Shown piece by piece: positions 48,766 to 60,438 of a DNA stretch of 64,000 bases. The position numbers were made by a program, and so were the translations under genes. The notes beneath the pieces were generated by a model that saw only the letters and a list, made by a program, of their open reading frames with translations, was not told the DNA's origin and searched no databases. The first letter of the stretch is position 1, and the number at the start of each line of letters is the position of its first letter. This DNA is from Phyllosticta citribraziliensis (lineage: Eukaryota): NCBI RefSeq assembly GCF_038025025.1, contig NW_027117348.1, positions 62,001 to 126,000 of the forward strand, read 5' to 3'.

Positions 48766-49581
48766 CTAGTCGTCAAACGTCTTGCGCGTGCCAGCCCATG
48801 CCGGCATATCGTCCAAACGATCCCTCTGCGTGGAATGAAAGAGTCAGCAACCAAGGCAAATTTGCAACAAACAAGACCAACTTACGCCTTTCTCCGCCTT
48901 GGGCAATACGTTGGGCTTGCTCTTCATCTTGCCAAAGTTCGGGACCATCTTCAACCCACCTCCACCGCGCTCCAGCCGCTTCTCCTTCTTCTGCCTCCTC
49001 TTGACATTGTTGCGCCGATTGCGCTCCTGCTGGATGCGGCGGTCCACGGCGCGCGTCTGGTGAATGACCTGCGTCAAGCTGCGCGCGATGCGCTCAAAGT
49101 GCGCGCGTTCAGGCGCATACAGCGCCGACAGCACCGCCATGCGCTGCCGCCAAATCTTCTCGATGTGCGCCATGTCGTCCTGGAGCTTGCGGCAGACGAG
49201 CGCGATCTTGGTGCGTTGCGCGACCAGCTCGTGCGGCCGCCGGTCGTCCGACAGCTGGTCGTCCTCGAGTAGCTTTTCGAAGATCTTCTGGCGCAGTTCG
49301 CGTGGAAGGCCCTCTAGGCTGGCGGAGGTGGGAGTGGGCGGGTCGATTTGCAGCTCGCGGCGCGTCTGGTACACGTTGATGGCGGCGATGGCGTTCTTGT
49401 ACTCGTTGCGCGTGAGGAAGTCTTGGAGAAATGTTTCGCGCAGCTCGGCGCGCTGGCTTCGCGTTGCGGCCTTGAGGTCCTTGAGCTCTTTTCTGATGCG
49501 TCGTTTGTCTGCGACTTGGCCGGATCGGTCGAATGGCTGGAGGTGAAGCCGGCGGAGGCGGCGAGCGCTGGTGTTGGCCAT
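48766..49581 (-). CDS. Basic coiled-coil protein with an internal F-box-like motif; intron 48826-48885
   Basis: SLEGLPRELRQKIFEKLL..IALVCRKL; GTAAGT..GCTGAC..CAG intron adds RDRLDDMPAWAGTRKTFDD. Confidence 0.75.
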
Positions 49582-52500
49582 GCGGAGAGGATGGGAGTTG
49601 TATCTCTTGGCCAAGCGAAGAGCGATGATGGGATAATGTCGCAAGCTGTGATGGGCGGCAGGTAGCAGAGTGACGAGAGGTGCGTGGTGTTGAGAATGGT
49701 GACCCATCCAGACTGACGACGCTAGTCCGATTTGGGCACACTCATGAATGGGACAGGGACAACATCCACCGATACTCATCGACTACACATATGGCCAGAC
49801 TCACAAGCTCACAAACAACGCAGCAATTCCAGGTCCGCGTGCGAGAGAGGCTCAACAGCAAAAACTGACGCACTACTAGACCACCGCAAATTTCCTCCCC
49901 CAGACTCAGACCTCGCCGGCGCGCTTCGTTCAAACCCCACAAAACGAATGACAAGGAACGGGAAGATCTTTCAGCTTCAAATCCAGCAAAGCAAGACACA
50001 CAAACACTGCCAAGCCGACTCCAAGGACTGGAGCATCCCTGCGCAGGAGGTCTGAGAGGTCTGAGGTGAGCCCAACGAACAGCGACGGCACTCTGCTTTT
50101 TATATGCGCCAGAAGAGCGCAAGATTGCTTGCGCGACTGATTGAATGCTCAGAGCGCAAAGGATGGGATGCTGGGAATGAAGCGGCAAACAGCAAAAGCG
50201 CATCCTTTGCCAACTCGCGACTCAATTTCGATTCCCAAACCACACAACCAGGCAGCAAGTCAAGCGCAGAAAAAACAGAAGACGTTGCAATCGGCCGGCA
50301 ACTCCTGCGCCATCTCAACAGCCATCTACCATCCAGGTAGGGCCCGAAATTGGACGCCGGCCGACAATTCGCAGCTCGCAAGCGGCTAAGTGTTGAGGCT
50401 TTGTTGTACAATCATTCTTTGCAACTGCTAACCGTAGAACGAGAGTCCAAGCCCCTCAGAGCTCATCAGGCGGCGTGCGGAGGGCGTCGTAGATAGAAGA
50501 AGTTCTTCCACGGAAAGGTTGCAAAGTGGCGTAGGGGAGAACTACCAACTCACCAATCTTTGTAAGTATCCCATCCTAGTATCAGGGCTTGTAGACTTCT
50601 GACTGACGACGGCGAACAGGCCGACATCATCGCTACGGACAAGGCTCTGTCGAGAGCGGCCAGCCGATTGCCCTAGGCTTTGCGAGTTTGACGATGCGCG
50701 AGCCTCAGTGGCGGTGAGCATACGGCTTGCTGATTCACCGAGAGCAACAATGCCGCTGCAGTCTTGAAGGCGCTGGACGGGCTACTTGGAAGTGCACGTT
50801 GGTTGACTGTGGCTTTGAGAGAGGAAGCTGACGAGCCGGACGGCGTTTGTGCAGAATTTTTCTGGCATTTCGTGAGCAGTAACCGTTCGATGGAGAAGTT
50901 CAAGTGCTGCCGTGGCTGGTAGAAGGAAGAGAATATTTTGATGCGCCGGCGGTTGCTGTGGAGAAGGGGAGGCGGGTATGCTCTTGCGCCGACACAGCCC
51001 TTTTTGCTTTGATTTGTCTTTGAATCAAGGCTGCCTCCGCACTTCATGGAGTTTCTGCTGGGGAAATTTCCATCTTTTGGAGTCGTCGTCGACTCGGTCG
51101 TCTCCCTCGCCCAACTTCTTGCGTCGGACGGCCCCCTTCCACAACACCCTTCATCCAGCTTCTCCTCCTGGCTCCAGTTGGTTTGAACGAAGCGTCCCAA
51201 TTCTCAAGAGTGAGCAATTTGTGCTGACTTGCGCAGGAAACCCTCATCGACAGTCTGCTCTCAGCGATGCCTCGCGTCCGCTTCATCTGCCCTCGCATGC
51301 AAAACGCCCCCAATACTGCCTGAAATCACTTTCATTTTGCAACACCATCGCCAGAGTATCTTCCATCCAAACAGAGAAAAGAGTTTTGGACGCCCAAGGA
51401 GAGCTTCTACTCCCGAGAACGCAGCAGTGGTCCAAAACCTTCCCAACGCCGAACAGCACAACCCCATTCGCTACCAGCCAGGAGACTCGACACTCAACGC
51501 CACCTCTCCACCATCCAACCCTCTAAGTTCCCATCCGCGCGACGACGACAACCGAGCAGACACGCACCCCTGCCTCGCTTCGCTCCATCCCACCTCATCC
51601 AGCCAAAGCCCCGTGCCCACTCGGCCCGACTCGCATCGCTTGCACCCCTGGCTGCAACGCAGACCCGCACCCGACACACACGAGCAAAAAGTTTTCACTC
51701 GCAAAAGGAAATCCGCTCGAGACATCTCAAGCATGTTTTGATGCAGCTTCTGTGGATCGAACACAGTACCTCCAGATACCGCACAGTGGCTGATGCTGCG
51801 AGCCGGAGCTCGCAGATCGAAGAACTGAAGTGGGACTTCAGTCTGGCGCTCTCCCAAGTGAGCTAAAGCTGCTGTTGTTGAAAAGCGTCTGGGGACTGGG
51901 GATTATGATGAAGCTATTTGTGGGTCGGGTCTCGGTAAGGGGTCTCTGAGGGTTTCGAGGGCAGGATTAGGGACTCGGGATGGCCTGGGCGGACTCTCAT
52001 TGCCTGTCAAAGGAAGAAGGCTGGTGGCTCCCGCTGGCCAACGCTGTCTCGACCAAGAAGTGTGAACAGGGGCAAACTCGGAGACTAAGTCGCGATGGCG
52101 ATTGACAGGAGGCCGACTCTTCGGCCTTGGGGATTCCTACGCCTGTGCCAGGTACTGATGAGCAGTGGCTGTTGTTGGAAATCGGAGTTGGGCCGCCATT
52201 TGAGTGTTTTTGACTGTTGAACGAGTATGTCAAGGTGCCAGGGCAAATGGACTAGTCCGACGGGCCGCTCCAGCACAACAAGAGCAGCCATTTCCTCAGC
52301 ATTCTTTTTCGCACTTGGGGCTAAAAAGCAGCCAAGAAAAGGAAGACGCTGGTGGCCAGCAGAGAAACAGTGATCTTGAATCTTTACCGGTTACTGCTTT
52401 CAAGGAGGTCAGCGGCCAAACATTGCAGAGCGCAGTCCAGGCAAGGACCCGCGTTGTTTGGTCGACATGTCATCGAAACTGACCACACCACAGTTCTACT

Positions 52501-54744
52501 ACGCAACTCCTGCACTTGCCTGAGTCTCTCCATCCTCGCATCTCGCGCAGCCGGTTCCAACCAGCTACCTACAAGTACACTGTTCAATTTTGTTGCCCCT
52601 AAGACCCTTCTCACAGACAAAGCTGTCTCAAGTGCAGCTCGGGCAGGTCACCGGCGAAGTCAAGGGGTCTTGGATACTTTGCAAGACGCTTGGGATCCAG
52701 GACACACCGATTCTCCAACTTCAACTTCCAAAACTCCGCAATACTCTTCCGTTCTTCAGACATGCAAATTCTTCCCCGCTTTGTCGGACTTGTAGCACAA
52801 GAGTCGATTTCTATGCGCGTTGACTTCAACACCAATGATGGAGCGAACAAACGCATCGACAGTTCTCCCGGCGACTGCACACTAAATCGAGTAAGGAGGC
52901 AACACCGAGAAGATACTGCAACGAAGTGGTAAGTTGAGTCAGATTCTTCATCCGCCGTATGATCGCGGGCAAGACGAATTCAGACCTTTGCAGGAGAGTG
53001 AAGAGTGTCCACCCTCTGCATCCCTTCCCCTGCCCCTGATGCGAAACCGAAAAAGCGTTGCCGCTGACCATTTTCAACGACAATCACCCAGTCTCAAAAC
53101 CCCCAAGCCACCGACGAAAGGCTTCCGCTTTGGGTGCAACACGGGACAGGGACAATCAGGCACACTTCTGCCTTGGCAGCAAACGTGTACGAACTGGGCG
53201 ACAAGCACAGCGAAGAAATCAAAAACGATTCACCCACGCCGCAAAACAGGGACGACAGCAGCGAATAGGAAGCTCTGCAGTACGCCAGACGAGATTTGCA
53301 CAGCAAAGCGCCGCAAGCCGGCCAATCAGGTCGGCTGCTGGAAATATGCGTCGCAGACAGACGCGTCAGGCGCGCACAGTCTAAATTGACGACTAGCAGA
53401 GGCAGCCGCCAAGCTCGCGAGATGAAGGTTTGCAAAACTGTTGAACGCAGCGAGAGATGATGTTTGGAGTTGAGGCGCGCGCCGTGCGGTCAGGTCAAGC
53501 GGTGGTCTTGTCGCCCTGCCGCATCGGGACTCTGGGGTGCCCGAATGGGAAACGAGGACAGCGAGGCCGGGGCGGCGGTGGGAAGAGGTATCCTTGTTGC
53601 TTTTGACGGGGAAGACAGGGAACTGATTGGCTGCCGTGGTCAGAAATTCGACGTGCACACTGCGTTGCGCGTTGAGATCCTGCATGTCGCGTGCTGCAGA
53701 GCCGGCGTCCTGCGATCGAAGAAAACGCCAGAATCATGTGCACTTTCGTCTTTTCGAACTGCCGTTGCACATGCCAACGACGATACCCAAGTGCCCCGCT
53801 GGAATGCATACGAAGCCCGCCCCAAAGATTGAATCGCCATAGCAATACGATGATGCCGAGTGCGGAGACGAGGAACGGCGGATATGCTTTGATGGAGATG
53901 AAGTTGGGCTTCCATCTAGAAAATGAAGAGACACGCTGGACGGGAGGAAGCGCTAGCGAGAAAACATTTGCAACGGCCCGCGCAGATTCGCTGGCACCAG
54001 GCGAGATTTATTCGGCCACGACGGACATCCACAACCATGAGTCGGCATGCCCCAGGAACGCAACATGCTGGTTGGAGCAGATGAGCCAAGAGGTGTGGTA
54101 TAGAGAGGACTGGGTGGAGGTGAGGAGAGACTTGTGGGAGAAAGGGGAACCCTGTCTATCTCATCTCCCGACCAAACACATGCCGGAAGACAATTTCTTG
54201 CAACACCAGCTGCTCTGTCATTTACTGCTGTCGAGAGCAGACAATGAATTCACTGACGGTGAGGAAAGAGTCGAAGAATCGTCGTCCACGACCTAACGCA
54301 GTCCTGAACACCTCCGCGTACCGCGACCGATCAGATGTTCTCGAATCAACGGCCGAGGCAGCGATGCTGGGGGTACTTCTCCGCACTGATACATCCAAAA
54401 CATCCGTCCCTGGCTAGGCCAACAAGCACCAGACCATGCCTGATCAGGAACGCGCCCTGCGGAGCACCCGCAAACTTCTCCAGATTCCAACGGCTTGGCG
54501 CTAACGGCGAGGGCGTCTCCTCTCGTCGTCGGCATCATGTGCTGGCATCGTGGATGGCGAGTGAGTAATGAGAGGACGATCAACGCGTCCACGCAACTTG
54601 CCGGGCGACTGTCCCCTGCATCGTTGTTGTGCTCGCTTGCTGCCCGCTTCTCTCCGTTTGATATATCAGTGGCGCTCGCACTCTTCTTCATGCTGCAGGA
54701 ATCTTCAGAGCCGGCACTCGATACACCCCTGGTCCCAAGTCACA

Positions 54745-55714
54745 ATGCGCTTCTCCGTCATTCTCCCCTTTACCCTCTTGGGTAGCATGGTCCTGGGTGC
54801 GGCACTCCCCACCAAAAAGGAAGACGAGGGCGAGCCCGTGCCTGTCGGCCCCGACGCCATTTCGCAGGCGCTCGATGCGATTACCGACAGGATCAAGTCG
54901 CTGAACGAGACGGTGTCGACGTTTGAGGGCGGCGACATCAAGGGCGTGTTTGAGCTTTTGGAAATTAAGTCCAAGACGGACCAGGTCAACGACGCGATCA
55001 ACAACAGCTCGGCCGTTGTTAACAAGACGGGCAAGCTGGACGTTGCGGCTTCGTACGGCCCCTTTCTGACCACGGCGTTGAACATGACTGACAGGACGTA
55101 GGACCACCGTTGGTACCAAGATTCTCGGCCTGCAGCCCGACATTTTCAGCCTGCTGGACAATGTCAAGAGCAAGAAGCCCGAGGCCGAAAAGGCCGGCTT
55201 TGGTCTCCTCGACGTCGTGACGCTGCTGCGCGGCGAACTGACCAAGACCAAGGAAATCACACGCCAGCTGGGATCCGCCGTGCGTACTCCCTTTCCCTCC
55301 TACCCACCATCCACTAACACCATCCAGTTCACGGCCTCGCTCGACGTCGCCCTCGCACCGCAGGCCGGTCCCGTCAACCAAGGCATCCAGGACCGCTTCA
55401 CCAGCACCATCGACGTGTATCAAGGCGAATTCGGGCTGATCCAGCTGCCGGAGAAGATTGTCGACATCCTCGGCGCCTTCCTGCGCATCATCGGCCCGCA
55501 GATGGCCATGAACGGCCAAGGCGACGAGATGCGCGAGATGGTTAACAAGTACGGCGGCAAGGGTGGCGGTGGCGGCGGCGGCGGCGGCGACGACAACAGC
55601 AGCAGCAGCGACACCAAAGGCGACGCGCCCGTCAGCGAGTCGGGCATGATGGGCGGTGGCATGATGGGCCGGATGATGTCCCGCTATCGCAGCTTCATGG
55701 AGGACGGCTACTAA
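54745..55714 (+). CDS. Secreted HsbA / cell-wall mannoprotein-like protein; introns 55053-55101 and 55280-55327
   Basis: Signal peptide MRFSVILPFTLLGSMVLGA; amphipathic helical HsbA-like pattern (ISQALDAI..LNETVSTF..LLDNVKSKK); Gly/Met-rich tail. Confidence 0.8.
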
Positions 55715-57794
55715 TGTTGCATGTTTGGCGGGCTGTTTTTGATGAATGAAGAGACGAAGTATATATCTCTGGACCTTCTCGTCTGTCCTTTTGCGGTCCC
55801 GCTGCCACTACACACGCATCGCATCAGTCGGGATGGGACGCGCCTGTTGTTTATACCCCGAGAGGCTGGTTATGCTCAAGACCCTGTACAGAGCCGACGC
55901 GGTGTAATGTAGCTGTATCTAATTGCGCGGTTGTTCAATGCACAAATGCAGGTGGCAGTATCGCAGGCCGTTGTCTCGCCAGAATTGGTCGTGTTTTTGC
56001 GCTGTGAGATGTTAGTGATGAAGAACCTTCCAACCCCTCAAACCGCCCTGGTGATTGATGTGCCATGACCTCATCCCGCACAACACCGCAAACCTATTCT
56101 CCCTCCAGTCTGTGCCTCTCTCCCCGCTTCTCCACGCACCAAGCTTTCGCTCAACGCCAATCGCACTCAAGGCGCCCGTCGATCAGTCGTCACGTCACGG
56201 CCACGCCGGATCAGCCCAACCGACCCAGCGCGGGGTACATTTCCACACTCCACTATACATCACAGTACGTCCCCGCCGACGATGACGACGCTGCTGTCCC
56301 GTGGATGAGGAAGTCCACAAGTACCCCGCAAACGCACGCGGACGGCGGGTGGGATACCCCTGTCGCAGTCGGTTCGGTTGGGCCGGTGGATGGCGGGACG
56401 AGTGACAAACGGCGGGGCCAGGGCGCTCTGGGCTGGACCCTTGCGCTCGTTGGGCGGATGCTCTGCGTGGTGTTGTTCTGCTGCTGTCAGATGGACTGTT
56501 GTTGCTGTCAGGCAACGATTCGTCAGTCAGTCCGTCAGGCACCGGCTCGGCTGCACGGTGCTGGGCGGCGCCACCTGGTTCGAGAAACGATGGCGGCCCG
56601 AACACTGCGGTTGTTTGTTTGTCTTTTCTTTCCCGCTGTTGGTCGGACCCGACCGACCGAATCACTGTCTCCGTCTCCGCGGACCGATCGGCGAAGAGCT
56701 GGGGCACGGGACAGCGTGGAGAACTGCAGAAGAAATGGAAGAGTCAGAGCGGGAGAAAACGGGTCGTGAGGGGATGGCTTGACAGGGGAAGAGGGTTCCT
56801 GCATAGACGACAAACGCCTCGTTGTTCTGATTCGCTGGTACTGTTCGACACCACACCACTGCAGCGTCAACCAGCAACGACGAGAAGGAAAAGAAGAGAT
56901 TTGGCGCCGAGTCGAGCTAGAGCAAGAGAAAGTGCAAGAGACGGCGAAAACGAGATCTCGCACGGCCTTCGCCAATCTCAACACCACGCAGAGACGAGCC
57001 GAGATCTGGGACAAAAGCTTTGACGACCTGATCGAGCTTGCTTTCGTTCTTCTCTCCCCTTGTCAGTTCTATACGGATCGGCCTTCAAGAGACACGGCAT
57101 AATGGAGTTGGCGCGTTTGTTTACACCAGAGCAGTCCAGTTCGCCTACTCCATCTCCCTCCTTTTCGCAATTCCATCTTCGCGTTCACTTCATTATTGCG
57201 GTTCCAATCCTCCTCTCATCCAGAATCTCATCACTCACAATCCGCCAATCAAACGCGAAAAATCCGTCGCACAGTCCCGCCGGCAGCTCGTCGTCGCCAT
57301 GTCCTGCCCGACGCTCAGCCCTACGCTGCCGGCGTGTCGAGCCGCAGCAGCAGCAGGGCCAGCAGTCGGTCCGCCCGCCAGCACTCTCGGTGCACCCGGC
57401 GAGAACCTGAATCCCCGGCAATGACCGAAGCACTCCGAACGGCAGAACAACGCTTTCTCAACGTGTGATGAGACTTGCAAGGAGCGGTCGGTATGTCAGT
57501 GTGGCTTATGCGCGGCGCCGAATGCGAAAAGTCGGAAAAGGAAGAGAAATGGACGGGGCTGGGCTGAAGAGAAGAGGCCGAGGAAGAGATGAGGCTGAGT
57601 GAAGAAGGGAAGGGTAGGGCAAGGTGATGTGGTACAGGCATGCGGGCAACTGACAGCGAGACGGGCGACGGCGGGTGGTACTTGAACGCGACGACGGCAG
57701 CACCTCATTATCCCGCAGCCCCTCGACAAACAACAACACCTCTACCTCACCACCACACCTCGCCTACACCTCCACCTCACCTCACAACACCACA

Positions 57795-58035
57795 ATGGTA
57801 CGCCCATCCCCTCCCGTCTCCCCAGTCACTCTCTAACACCACACGCACCCAGGGAAACTTCTGCGCCTACCTCGTCGCCCTCTTCCTGCCGCCGCTCCCC
57901 GTCTTCTCGCGGCGCGGCTGCGGCGCCGACCTGCTGATCAGCATCGCGCTGACGATTCTGGGGTGGCTGCCCGGCGTCATCCACGCGTGCTACATCATCC
58001 ATCAGGGGAAGGAGGTGGTGGTGACGGCGGCATGA
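57795..58035 (+). CDS. PMP3-family proteolipid membrane potential modulator (copy 1); intron 57798-57852 directly after the ATG
   Basis: LFLPPLPVF..GCGADLLISIALTILGWLPGVIHA. Confidence 0.88.
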
Positions 58036-58114
58036 TGATGGGATGAATAAGGGGGAGGGAGAATGGGGAGAAGGGGGGCATACCCGTAGAGCGCTGTAAT
58101 GGAGAACCTACTGC

Positions 58115-58145
58115 AAACGAGAAACGAGAAACGAGAAACGAAAAA
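58115..58145 (+). repeat. (AAACGAG)n heptamer repeat
   Basis: About four tandem units. Confidence 0.75.
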
Positions 58146-58484
58146 CACTAAACAATGACGTCACAGCCCTTAGGCGTGGCGCAGCGGCAAGTGATGGCGA
58201 TGGATGGATTGGGACTGCGCCACAAGGGGTCGCGCGTCAGTCGGACCGCAGCTAAAAGATGACGTCGCCGAGCAAACGCGACCGATGGATGCGAGGCGCC
58301 CGGGGTGAGGTAGAGAGTGGTATATAGGCAGCGTAGGGCCCCGAAGATCTGCGGCCTGTATACAAAGTAACAATATACCCAAACACTCTGTCGACATACA
58401 TACGCGATACACATCGCGGCCGCATAGCGATACAGTCAACACTACGACCGACCGAGCATACAAGCAACACCAGCGCCACAAACC

Positions 58485-58758
58485 ATGGGAAACAAACCGC
58501 CCTCGTCCACCGTACGCCGCCTGCCCCTACCCCTGCCCCCTGCCACACCCCTACCCCCTTATTATCCACCCAACTAACACACAACAGTCAGACATCTGCC
58601 TCTACTTCCTCGCGCTCTTCCTGCCGCCGCTCAGCGTCTTCTTCAAGCGCGGCTGCGGCGCCGACTTCTGCATCAACGTCGCGCTGACGATTCTGGGATG
58701 GCTGCCGGGCGTCATTCACGCGTGGTGGATTGTAAGTAGGTTTGAGAGGCCGGCATAA
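58485..58758 (+). CDS. PMP3-family proteolipid (copy 2); intron 58512-58587
   Basis: SDICLYFLALFLPPLSVFFKRGCGADFCINVALTILGWLPGVIHAWWIV. Confidence 0.9.
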
Positions 58759-58954
58759 GCATGAGGGAAGGGAAAGATGGGGAAGGGAGGGACATAATTT
58801 TTGGTGGTGTATTGATGACTGATGATGGTATCTGGGCTTTTGGTTGCGCTTAATGATAATGGAATAATGAGATGGGGTGGGAGCCAGTCCCACGTATTCC
58901 TCGCTCGCTCGTCTCGTTCGCCGACTCGTGTCCGCTCGCCTGAACTGCAGCACA

Positions 58955-59947
58955 TCACCACTCCTTCAGCTTCTCGTCCTTGAAGTACCGCCCCTGGGCA
59001 ACCTCCGCACCGCCCAGCTCGCGCGCATCCGCCAGCGCCAGCCACACGGGCGTGCGCGCGCCCTCGTCCGGCGTCCGCGTGCCGTTGTGCTTGGTCATGT
59101 CCGTGTCGACGTAGCCGGGACAGCAGCTCACGACGAGCGGCGCGCCGTCGCCGTCGCGGTGCTGGTTCGCCAGCGCCAGGCCCAGCGCGCGCGTCGCGCC
59201 GATGACGCCCGCCTTGCTGACCATGTACGCGGAGCTGGGGAAGCCGAGCGCCGCGTGCGTCGACATGCGCACGCCCTCCTCGAACGCGTGCATGATGACG
59301 GTCGTGTCGGCGGCGGCCGTCGCGGGCGTGTCTTCGCGGGCGCCCGCCTCGGCGGCCTCGCGGAACCGCCGCTGCAGCGGCGCCGAGTAGCGGTCCAGCG
59401 CGCCCATCATCGACGCGAGGTTGATGACGCGCGAGGACGGCGCGGGCTTGACCATGGACAGCAGCGACAGCGTCAAGTCCAATGTGCCCTCGTAGTTGAC
59501 GGCCAGGGTGGCGCGCACGACGCGCTCATCGAACCCGTCCAGCGCCACGCCCGCGTTGTTGACCAGCACGTCCAGGCCGCGGTCGCCGTGGCGGCTGCGC
59601 AGCGTGCTGGCGAAGCGCTGGATGCTGCTGCGGTCGGAAATGTCAAGCGGGTGGTAGGTGATGTCGACGGGCCCGCCGCCCGAGGCCGACAGCACGTTGG
59701 AGCGGATCAGCAGCGGGTCGGTCAGCAGCGACGACAGCGCCGCCTCGCCGCGCGTCTTGTCGCGGGCCGTCACGTAGATGAGGAGCGGGCCGGTGTTGAG
59801 CGGCGACGAGGGATAGGTGAGGGCGAGGTTGCGGACTGGCCGGGGGCTGTCAGCAGAGAACAGAGGCAGTGAGGAGGCGGACGCACCAATGGCCAGGCCA
59901 ATGCCCTTGTTTGCGCCCGTAACGGCGGCCACGCGCGCATACGGCAT
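58955..59947 (-). CDS. Short-chain dehydrogenase / carbonyl reductase; intron 59836-59886
   Basis: TGANKGIG, LDVLVNNAG, YMVSKAG, CCPGYVDTDM. Confidence 0.93.
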   Translation of the reverse strand: MPYARVAAVTGANKGIGLAIGASASSLPLFSADSPRPVRNLALTYPSSPLNTGPLLIYVTARDKTRGEAALSSLLTDPLLIRSNVLSASGGGPVDITYHPLDISDRSSIQRFASTLRSRHGDRGLDVLVNNAGVALDGFDERVVRATLAVNYEGTLDLTLSLLSMVKPAPSSRVINLASMMGALDRYSAPLQRRFREAAEAGAREDTPATAAADTTVIMHAFEEGVRMSTHAALGFPSSAYMVSKAGVIGATRALGLALANQHRDGDGAPLVVSCCPGYVDTDMTKHNGTRTPDEGARTPVWLALADARELGGAEVAQGRYFKDEKLKEW

Positions 59948-60438
59948 GATGGCGATGGGGACGATGGTGGTGAGGTGTTTGGTGGAGGTGTTGTTGTTTG
60001 TTTCCGTCGCCGGAGATGCCGGACGGGAGGGAGCTGGAGCTTGGGTGGTGACGTCAGGCTTGTCCCTCGTATTCCGGTTCCAGCCGCTTTGATTGGACCC
60101 TCATGCATGAACATCGGACATGAAAGAGCTTGGGAACATGGATACACGCAGACCAAGACCTACCTTGTTCATTACAGATCGACGATGGGAGGACGGGGCG
60201 TTATCAAGCATCAGTCCATCTCGGCCACCATACTTACCACCACCGCTATCCCACACCGCAGACAATTCCCATGTGGATGGCGGATGGAGGGATGCTCCTG
60301 AGCGACAACAAAGGCTGCCGGTAGAGACGCGGGCTGATCAGGGGATTGACTCCTATAGTACCCAGATGGCAAGCCGAGCTGCGGGTCATTCAAACAACGC
60401 TCGCTCCTTGATTCTTTCTTTTACACAGCGAAATCAGA

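Noticed and set aside
53691..54296. 201-aa ORF
   Set aside because: No motif or codon bias; lies in the upstream region of the HsbA-like gene
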